Assembly: GCA_030141605.1 (NCBI GenBank)
Contig: JAQGDQ010000771.1
Coordinates: 34,106-98,105, forward strand
Direction: 5' to 3'
DNA: 64,000 nt
DNA from: Tubiluchus corallicola
Taxonomy: Eukaryota; Animalia; Priapulida
The notes beneath the pieces were generated by a model. The model did no database searches. It had not been told where the DNA came from and worked only from the letters and a program-made list of their open reading frames with translations. Each line of letters opens with the position of its first letter. Position 1 is the stretch's first letter. The translations under genes were made by a program, and so were the position numbers. This document shows positions 54,601 through 64,000 of this stretch, piece after piece.

Positions 54601-55144
54601 ACTCTTTACTTGCACAAACCTAAAAGAATTCTGTCTTGAAATTTTATATCACTTACGTGCTACATATTGAAGAATAATTTGTCTTACACGGAGCGATTAA
54701 CTTGTTACCATCTGCACTTTGTTTGATTGCTTTGTTTCATTTTGAATCGATACTCTGTAATGGTCAAGGCAGCTGAGCTGAATTCTTCATCTTCATTACA
54801 TAGCGTACAGCTGTTAGCTTGACTAAGAACAACAACTTGAGGTAGGAGATGATAGACCTCACCTTGCACGCTTGTTTGTTACTGTGCCCAGTAGGGGTCT
54901 AACACTGACTAGAATTCATTAATGTAAACCATCTGTAATATCCGTTCTTAACAAAGGTATACTTGCAGTTTGACAACTTTTGTTTTGCAGGTTACATTTT
55001 AGTTAAATTTTGATAATAATTTTTAATATTAACAGCCTTTCGGTGATTACAGAGTTTCTTATGTAACGGCGTAAATTCATTCTAATTAAATTTTGATGAT
55101 TTTTTAAAGTTGGAAGGCATGCAATGTTTGTTGAATGTTGTTAA

Positions 55145-55480
55145 AGCAAAACCGGACCCAATCTTAAACTCTAGGTCAAAACAATCTACTCTTTAAAATA
55201 TTGAAAGGAAACATGCTGTTTTTTTCAAAAATGACTTACGTGAAAGAATTATTACCACACAAACTCAATTTCGCCTTCGCGCCACTAGTTCTTCGCTGTT
55301 GCATGCATATCGCCATTCGCTAATTAGACGGGTACTAGGGCTTACATGTTGCGGAAACGCATTGCACAAAACACAGATGCTGTACCTCTCAGTTCAGATG
55401 TGTTAGTTTCTGACGAACTACACGCGTTCGACAGCTCATGCGTGAACACATCGGTAAATTCGAAATTTGAACTATGTACA
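55145..55480 (+). mobile_element. Kolobok-like MITE family K1, partial copy
   Basis: ttaa|agcaaaaccggacccaatcttaaact; colinear with the 37858 copy; right end not found. Confidence 0.7.
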
Positions 55481-55859
55481 TATTTTAACATTATCGTGAA
55501 AAACCATTCATCGCACTTGGTGTGAGAAAAGTTTCTATTTTCGTTGAACTTGAATTGGCTGTGTGAACTATCACGTAGCGACCGTTCCCGAACTGCATTT
55601 CCTGCTTTCCCGTGATTTATTAGGCCGCTCTTAAACATCCTGTGTAAAAGGGTTGATTAAATTTGTTGAAATCTACAGTTGGGCCAACCCATGAGGAGAA
55701 AAAGCTTCGAAATCAGTTCCTTCTGCTTCGGATTATCTTTCTCTATCGAGGGCGGCGAATGTTAAAATAATAAAGTTTGTTAAAAGCGTCCCGCGTTAAA
55801 CTGTTGACGAACGTTTACGTAATTTAATCCGCAAGCAAATGTGGGGGGGACCTGGTATC

Positions 55860-56272
55860 TTTTTTCGAATTTGTCTGTAGGTGAGCATTCTGTACCGAGA
55901 AGCGAATTCGGATCGAATCGAATTCGTGGGCTTCGGATTCGATGCAAACCGAAATTGGAGATTTCGCAAACGAATGGGAAATCGAATTCAGTTTTAAAGA
56001 TTTTCGAATCATTGCGAAGATCGTGCATATTGCCTGATTTCATTCTGCAGTATCTAACAATAATGCACATTTGTTCAAAAACTGTGCACAGAAATCGCAG
56101 CTAAATTTTACTGTTTGCGTGATATTTTGACCGTTTCGATGGTAACGAACGTATCTAGTTGAAGATGGTGAATTATTCGAACCTGTTTTTAAGTTTTAAT
56201 CGAATTCGAACTAAAAGAATCGTTCGAAGTCGATTCGAACGTTCGAATTCGAAGATTCGATGCTCACCCCTA
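55860..56272. mobile_element. TTCGAA-rich probable hAT-like element
   Basis: Dense ttcga/tcgaa subterminal repeats; right end atgctcaccccta with a degenerate partner taggtgagcat near 55878; no TSD seen. Confidence 0.5.
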
Positions 56273-56737
56273 ATTGTAAGCGACGAAAACATTTTGACTT
56301 TTCTTTGTTCGGTTGCCTCATTTGCTTTTGTAGTAAGGTCATCGGTTTTACACTATTAGGTTTACCGTGTAGTTACTGGTCTTGCTGGTTATGCTTTCAA
56401 ATCATGGGACATTAGGACTTCAACATTGCAGCCATTGTCGATTTAACGTTGTGGTCGTAACTGCTGGTCACTTTGATGCAAATGTGGCTGAAATAAATCC
56501 CCGAGTTTGTCGAGCTGAGAGGCACTACCTGGGTTGCGAAAAACCCAAAGAAATCTTAAACTCGTCCAGTTCTCGAATCTTAATCAATAATACCGACATC
56601 TTCTTACTTAAAGGACAAGAAAAGGGGTACCTGAAGTAGGTCTCGGAAAAATCGCCCTAAAATTACCTTACTTTACCGCATTTTTATGCATATATCGTGC
56701 TCACTTTGAAATGAATTTTCGTTTGTTTTCATTTTCA

Positions 56738-57142
56738 AATTAACAAAATTTTAAAACTGACAGTTATTTGATCTGTTAATAGTTATTTTGATTTAAGTCA
56801 ATAACAATAGACTAAAATGGTGATAAAATGGCAAACTAGAAAATCTACGTAGCATAAAAAAACTGTGCAAGGTACAGTACTTTAGAGACGTCTTTGTACA
56901 GATCAGCATAGCATGCATACTAAATGTCTTAAATACTTTAAAAATTATCAGCAGTTGCAAAATGAAGCACATTTTATGCTTCCATTGAATCCCAATGTAT
57001 CCCGTGGGATAGAGGCTATATTTAGCACGCGGGCACAGGTAGAAAAAAATAATTATTATGTGTAAACAAGATGGATATACTGAACAAAAGTACCAAGCCA
57101 AAATTTTTTTCTTATTAAAAAAATAATTTGGGACTGAAAGGG
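56738..57142 (+). mobile_element. piggyBac-type MITE, left-truncated copy of 49504-49960
   Basis: Colinear, highly similar; ends gggactgaaaggg|ttaa. Confidence 0.88.
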
Positions 57143-57994
57143 TTAAAATGTTTTCACCAATTGGTAAAACGCCGCTGACTCATCCTCCAGGGTGCACCGC
57201 TCACTAACCAAAAACGTATTTTTTATCTTACAGATAAGATACAGTAATTCTAAATTCTATCCAGTTAGTGCCGTATGTGCTACGGATGCTCTGATTAATT
57301 TTTCAAACTTTACAGAATGTTATCGAAACACATTTCAAATGACTTTACATGACGTCATATACGCACAACATAAATCACGAGAAGAAAACGATATGTTAAA
57401 CTATGTCACAAAAATTTTCCATGCAAGTAATTTAAAATTTTACTTTGCTATTAACATGTGTGCTACGAATGCTCTGATTATTTTTTCATACTTCGTGCAA
57501 TGTTATATAAACTTGTTGCAAACCACCTACCATTAAAATGGCTGCGCCGAACGGTCATCGCGGGAGTTTAAATTTACATGTTTTATACCGCGTTATTACC
57601 GACGCAAGTCTAACATGCAAAAGGGCAGTATATAAATGGTTCAAGAGGATTTTAAGCGTTATGTAAGGGTTTTCTTGTGCTTTAAACGCCTAGCGCGCTA
57701 CTTTCATGGCTACACAGGAAACACTAGATGTTTTATCTGTTCTTCAGTAAATAAAACGTGTAATTTGCTGCAGCAAATTGAGCCAAATTACTACAGGAGT
57801 TTCTTACAGCGGTATGAGAACTAATACTTCGGTTCTATTGGACGTTTTTAACACCTAACAGCCCACAGCTCGTCCTCACTAAATGCCAAACCGCACGGTG
57901 CGGTCTGAATTCTTTTCGTTATTTAGGAGTTAAATTTTGGAACATCTGCCATATCTGAATATCGGCCAATGAGGGAAATGCCCCCACTACTAAA

Positions 57995-58010
57995 TGTGTG
58001 TGTGTGTGTG

Positions 58011-58056
<46 letters not shown>

Positions 58057-58085
58057 CGTGCGTGTGTGTGTGTGCGTGTGCGTGC
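57995..58085. repeat. (TG)n microsatellite
   Basis: Directly visible. Confidence 0.97.
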
Positions 58086-58629
58086 GGTACGGAGTCCTCC
58101 TGTACAAAATTCAGCACCATATCATGTTGATTGCATATCTGATCTTAGTATTTTTTGTACCATCAGACTCCGTATAACGTTTAACTTTCTATAAAAGCTT
58201 ACCATACCAATCACACGGGAGCCAAAAATCGGACCTGCTACGGAACCATACTATTATTACTAGAAGATTCGAAAGAAGTTTGTCTTTAATCTCGTTTCAA
58301 CAGATCTGATGGGGGTTGCGTGTGTGTGTGTGTGGGGGGGGGGGGCTGCCGATTAGCCGCTGACTCTTTGACTTTCCTCCTCTAATGTACGGTAGGGATG
58401 GTCTATGTAACTCTATAATGGCGATGCAAACCGCATTTGTAACTCGTCTGAACATAAAAACTTATATTGTGGCAAAGGAAAAGTTTATTTATTTGCCTTG
58501 TATTGACTTTACATCTCGACTAGGCAGATGTTTGATACTGGGAGCTCTTTTCACTTCACGTTGAATTCATCATCCATGTGTACGCCGCCTGTCACTCATA
58601 AACAATCTAAATTGCTGCTGCTGTGAGCG

Positions 58630-58825
58630 AAATTTGCCACATGTGGCCAGACTTTTTGAAGAACTTTCAGAGGCTCAAAGGCCATAGATGTGCTCACTGC
58701 CTCCAGCGACTTCTTTGACCTATAGATAATTTGTCTAACCTCTGCTGTTAGAGGAGACGGCTTCAGAGCAACTTAAAAAGCTGGTTTTCTTGAAAAACAC
58801 GTGAAAATGTTGGAGAAACATTGAG
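58630..58825 (+). pseudogene. Decayed hAT transposase C-terminal dimerisation-domain relic
   Basis: Frameshifted pieces KNFQRL / KAIDVLT / PATS / SEQLKKLVFLKN resemble the hAT dimerisation motif (FP.L..LA..VL..PATS...L..LVFL..N). Confidence 0.5.
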
Positions 58826-58992
58826 TCTATTCAGTCTACAGTCTACAGAGGACTGGGGACTGGGGAGTTGTTGAAATGGGATCAGTCGTCGAAGGGAGCT
58901 TTTTTGTTTAATAATTTTTTGAATAATGATAATAATTTTAATATTCTATATTGCAACTAATGCACACAAACTGTACTGTACACAAAATACAT

Positions 58993-59250
58993 ATGCAGTT
59001 CATGATCATGGTTATCACTGTACCGCCTTCTATTTGTCGGCCACGCGAATGTGACAAAAAGGCGCCGCTGCCAATCTTAGTAAATTCACTGAGCCGCGCG
59101 TAGCTTTGAAATTTTAACAAAATTCGAGTATCCGGGGTAATTATTATTTAATCTAAGCTTTGTTTTGAAAAAACCTATTGTAGTTTTCAATGTTTTCGAG
59201 CAGTCTTTATTCTGAACTTATTTTGAACAGGATCGTCCGGTTTTACATAA
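58993..59250 (+). mobile_element. Partial Kolobok-like K2 copy (right half)
   Basis: Direct repeat of 60575-60825, ending ggatcgtccggtttt. Confidence 0.8.
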
Positions 59251-59519
59251 AATACATATACATGAAATTTTTGTGTAAATTGTGTATTTTGAAATACGTC
59301 AGTGATACATTCCTTTATTATCAGTAATTAATTTTAATTTCTTGGGTATAACATAATTTACACAGCTTTTGAAGGAGCAAACTACCCGAACAAATTTCCT
59401 ACCAAAGAATTAAACAACTTACAATACAACTTAACTACAGCTACAGTGATACAATACAAACAACAATACAAGCAACCTAGTAACTATGACAACATCAAAT
59501 ATGTAATTATAGCGTCATG

Positions 59520-59776
59520 CAGGGCCTATTTCAGCCTAGACGAGGCCCGGGGAAGTGGGGCGTGTGAGGCCCCATCGGGGAGGGGGGGCGAGCGCTACCA
59601 TGGTTGGCGCCCAGAAAATTTTTGAACTGCTACAACGCCGGAGAAGCATTTTCGAAGAGAAAATATGGAGTTATACAGTTGTTAAAGGAAAGAACAATTG
59701 AAAGAAAAACTGCTTTTTATTCTCAAGACCAGTCTTTAATACTTGTCAATACTGGTGAACGGCGCGCGTGCGTCAC

Positions 59777-59810
<34 letters not shown>

Positions 59811-59815
59811 GGAGG

Positions 59816-59851
<36 letters not shown>

Positions 59852-59857
59852 GAGAGG

Positions 59858-59912
<55 letters not shown>

Positions 59913-60012
59913 AGGCAGTATGAAGCAAAAAAATGTTACCTTGACACGAGGCCCCCTTGGAGGGTGAGGCCCCGGGGAAGTATCCCCACTTCCCCCCTTG
60001 AAATAGGCCCTG
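59520..60012 (+). mobile_element. hAT MITE family H2, copy 2, with internal (GA)n
   Basis: Perfect 14-bp TIR cagggcctatttca / tgaaataggccctg; 8-bp TSD gcgtcatg (59512-19, 60013-20). Confidence 0.94.
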
Positions 60013-61010
60013 GCGTCATGTACTTATATTGCCATCGTCTAACATAGTGATGTTATCACCATTCATTAACATAAAAAAATCAACACTGTGCTTAACATGG
60101 AAATCAATACACGTACGTACTATGCTCTGGGCTAAAGTTTCCCGACAGCGATATCTTGAATTGAGCAAAACACGTTTTTTATTGAAAACAGGTGTGTAGT
60201 TGCGATGAACACACTTGTTCATGTAGCAGACGATATCGCGTAAAAAGTTCAATGAAAGTTGATTTGTTGGGCAACAAGTGCCGCTTAGCTTAAAGGAAAA
60301 CCAGACGATTGTTTAGACTCAATCTCATCTTGATTTATTGTCCAAAATATACATTTTCTTGTCTATAAAAGTTTTGCAATTGTTTCTTATATTTGGATAA
60401 TTAGCTTAGAAAGTTAATTGACGGCAACCGAACACAGTTATTGCTTACGTTTTTAACTAACCACAGTTTGTGCAATCGTAGGCATCTTCCCTTGCGCGTC
60501 AAGCACGTTAGCGTAAGTGTTGCTGCTTAAAGGCGTGGTGTCACGAGAATGGGCTGTACGTCAGAAACTAACACTGCAGTTCATGATCATGGTTATCACT
60601 GTACCGCCTTCTATTTGTCGGCCACGCGAATGTGACAAAAAAGCGCCTTTACCAATCTTAGTAAATTCACTGAGCCACGCGTAGCTTTGAAATTTTAGCA
60701 AAATTTGAGTATTCGGGGTAATTATTATTTAATCTAAGCTTTGATTTGGAAAAACCTACTGTAGTTTTCAATATTTTAGACATTTTTTATTCTGAACTTA
60801 TTCTGCACAGGATCATCCGGTTTTTTTTTTAAAAGATACAACAAACAATATGCTTTTAAGCCCATCTCGTGCAGTGAAGCTAGCACTAATGTTTTTTCAA
60901 CACCTCGGAATTTTTATTTACAGTTTTTGCACACATTTCGTACTTAATAAATTTACGTATACATACATACATACATACATACATACATACATACATACAT
61001 ACCTACCTGC
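59919..61010 (+). repeat. Left arm of a large inverted duplication
   Basis: Reverse complement of 62913-64000 with scattered substitutions; ORF track shows mirrored ORFs (60016-60252 vs 63668-63904). Confidence 0.97.
60294..60828 (+). mobile_element. Kolobok-like MITE K2
   Basis: TTAA flanks; TIR aggaaaaccagacgat / atcatccggtttt. Confidence 0.72.
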
Positions 61011-61141
61011 CTGCCTGCCTGCCTACCTTCCTTCCTACCTACCTACCTACCTACCTACCTACCTACCTAACCACCCACCTACCTACCGACATACATACAT
61101 ACATACATACATACATACATACATACATACATACATACATA
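60958..61141. repeat. (CATA)n/(CCTR)n microsatellite
   Basis: Directly visible. Confidence 0.97.
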
Positions 61142-61308
61142 AAAGCTAAAATCTCTTTTTATACCCATGTATTAGGCCTAAATGTACTTATCTTTACGAT
61201 CTTCAACAGCTGCCATTCCTAAATTGTCACAAATTAAGTCTACTAGCCTGCAATAGTGTAAAAATGGCTGCAAACTCATTGATCAGCCATCACAGATGAT
61301 TGAAAGTC

Positions 61309-61530
61309 GGGGGGATATAGATCAATGGTGGCGTGTGCTCACTTCGCTACCGGGAGGTCGCGGGTTCAACTACCGACCAAATCATTACGGAAAACTTAAA
61401 AATGGTAGCGCTGGTTCTTCGACCAAGCACGCGGTTTTATCGTGCGGGTAATAATAATCGGGACAACCTTGAAAATAAACGCTGAGTTGCTGGACTATGT
61501 CGCGGTAATGGCTGATGTAACCTATAAATT
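61309..61530 (+). mobile_element. tRNA(Ala-like)-derived SINE, copy 1
   Basis: ggggatatagatcaatggt (A box), gggttcaact (B box), no 3' acceptor stem, core aaaacttaaaaatggtagcgctgg. Confidence 0.75.
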
Positions 61531-62030
61531 CAACAGAGTCAGACAGAGCAATTGACAATGACGAATTGACAATGATTGATTTAGAATCAAAACATTGTTC
61601 TTATTACATAATACACTTAGCATATTATAGTTCATGACAATATGTTACACCTATGTTGATACATGCGTGTGTACATTGATAAATACCTATATTAGTATAG
61701 TGTGTATCTAAATACCTATGTTAGTATAGTGTGTATCTATCGTGTTTACAAAGCCAAACATTGAAACGTGTTTTCAGCATTTTGTGAATAATGATAGCAA
61801 AAGCAGAACGTCGAAATGTGTATGAAAAAAATCCCCAGTAATTCAGGCGAATCTCTGAACGCATACTTAAATCTGTTATCTATGTTCAAGTAATGGGCAG
61901 CTGTTGCTATGGCTAAATGTTAAACCTGTAAAAGGTTCAGACGGTTGTACGGGGTATTGCAGCTCAACGGCTTTGTATAAAAATGGCTACAAACTCATTC
62001 GATCAGCCATCTCACAGATGATTGAAAGTC

Positions 62031-62260
62031 GGGGGGGGATGTAAGTCAATGGTGGCGTGTGCTCACTTCGCATCCGGGAGGTCGCGGGTTCAACTCTCGA
62101 CCGAGTCATACCAAAGATTATTTAAGAAATCGTACTGCTGGTTCTTCGACCAAACATGCGGGTTTATGGAAGTAACTTGTGGGTGTTAGTAAACGGGGGA
62201 CCACCTTGGAGATACGTATTAAGTTATTTGAGGTGTTATCCTTGGACTATGTCCGAAACG
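62031..62260 (+). mobile_element. tRNA(Ala-like)-derived SINE, copy 2
   Basis: ggggatgtaagtcaatggt...cttcgcat...gaggtcgcgggttcaactc then gagtcataccaaaga core. Confidence 0.78.
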
Positions 62261-62684
62261 AACTTGGTATTAATCATAAGAACCCCAGCTCGGAGGCGAC
62301 AACAGCTCGACACAGAAGATCTCTCTTTTCAGCAGATTCTGTCTGCGATGTAATGGAGACTAGCAATCAACATGGATTCAATACAAGGCGCTTGCATCGA
62401 CCTAGACCTAGATACATGTTGCTGATTGGATTGTCTCTGTTTTGTATGCCGTGTCACAGAGTCAGTCATTATGACTGTCTGAGTCAGAGGCAGTATTTGA
62501 GCGATTGTCATTTATTGGCCGCCTATTCGCTAGCACCCAGCTAACTGTAAAACCTGAGTCATGTTTACGATTTATTTCTACGTTGAGTAGAAAACACGTA
62601 ATAAACTCGCTGCCCTTTTTTCACATTTTTGTTTTCAAATTAATTGTATTATAACTGTGCGTGTGTTACAAGATAAATAAAAAG

Positions 62685-62685
<1 letters not shown>

Positions 62686-62752
<67 letters not shown>
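62686..62752. repeat. (ATT)n microsatellite, probable retroelement tail
   Basis: Preceded by AATAAA and T-rich sequence. Confidence 0.9.
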
Positions 62753-62753
<1 letters not shown>

Positions 62754-62912
62754 TGTGTTTCTACGCAAGTTGAAAATCAAAGCAAGTCGTGCCAAAAATC
62801 ACGAAAAATGACTTGAAATATTTCTTTATTTTTATTTAACGTTTTATTTAATGCAAAACATTCTTTACAAATTACGGAAACAAGACATTTAAAATAACAG
62901 TAAACAAATGCA

Positions 62913-64000
62913 AGCAGGTAGGTAGGTAGGTAGGTAGGTATGTATGTATGTATGTATGTATATGTAAATTTATAAAGTAGGAAATGTGTGCAAAAACTGT
63001 AAATAAAAATTCCGAGATGTTGAAAAAACATTAGTGCTAGCTTCACTGCACGAGATGGGCTTAAAAGCATATTGTTTGTTGCATCTTTTTAAAGGAAAAC
63101 CGGATGATCCTGTTCAGAATAAGTTCAGAAAAAAGAATGTCTAAAATATTGAAAACTACAGTAGGTTTTTCCAAATCAAAGCTTAGATTAAATAATAATT
63201 ACCCCGAATACTCAAATTTTGCTAAAATTTCAAAGCTACGCGTGGCTCAGTGAATTTACTAAAATTGGTAAAGGCGCTTTTTTGTCACATTCGCGTGGCC
63301 GACAAATAGAAGGCGGTACAGTGATAACCATGATCATGAACTGCAGTGTTAGTTTCTGACGTAGAGCCCATTCTCGTGACACCACGCCTTTAAGCAGCAA
63401 CACTTACGCTAACGTGCTTGACGCGCAAGGGAAGATGCCTACGATTGCACAAACTGTGGTTAGTTAAAAACGTAAGCAATAACTGTGTTCGGTTGCCGTC
63501 AATTAACTTTCTAAGCTAATTATCCAAATATAAGAAACAATTGCAAAACTTTTACAGGCAAGAAAATGTATATTTTGGACAATAAATTAAGATGAGATTG
63601 AGTCTAAACAATCGTCTGGTTTTCCTTTAAGCTAAGCGGCACTTGTTGCCCAACAAATCAACTTTCATTGAACTTTTTACGCGATATCGTCTGCTACATG
63701 AACAAGTGTGTTCATCGCAACTACACACCTGTTTTCAATAAAAAACGTGTTTTGCTCAATTCAAGATATCGCTGTCGGGAAACTTTAGCCCAGAGCATAG
63801 TACGTACGTGTATTGATTTCCATGTTAAGCACAGTGTTGATTTTTTTATGTTAATGAATGGTGATAACATCACTATGTTAGACGATGGCAATATAAGTAC
63901 ATGACGCCAGGGCCTATTTCAAGGGGGGAAGTGGGGATACTTCCCCGGGGCCTCACCCTCCAAGGGGGCCTCGTGTCAAGGTAACATTTTTTGCTTCATA
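62913..64000 (-). repeat. Right arm of the inverted duplication; reaches the window end
   Basis: Contains mirrored K2 MITE (63093-63626, TIR 14/16, TTAA TSD) and the H2 MITE end with its TSD. Confidence 0.97.

Noticed and set aside
61309-62105. Functional tRNA-Ala genes
   Set aside because: Acceptor stem cannot form and the sequence continues into a SINE core

Overview
AT-rich, repeat-dense eukaryotic DNA, most likely an invertebrate animal (inferred from the repeat families; the species cannot be named), with a 700-N gap at 1319-2018. The only long real ORF is a 5'-truncated but uninterrupted L2/CR1-group LINE reverse transcriptase (9563-11704, minus). The rest is mobile-element and repeat material: decayed L2/CR1 fragments, at least six CR1-type 3'-UTR hairpin and tail remnants, hAT-, piggyBac- and Kolobok-type MITEs with readable TIRs/TSDs, tRNA-derived SINEs, a hAT transposase relic, and many mini/microsatellites and local duplications. 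There is one good candidate 63-nt host exon (53770-53832), suggesting part of the window is intronic. A near-identical inverted duplication of at least 1.1 kb runs off the right end. Most short ORFs in the track are repeat artefacts. I found no CRISPR array, rRNA or intact tRNA, and I could not establish a new biological system; the findings are structural leads. All alignments were done by eye, so boundaries without TIR/TSD support are approximate.
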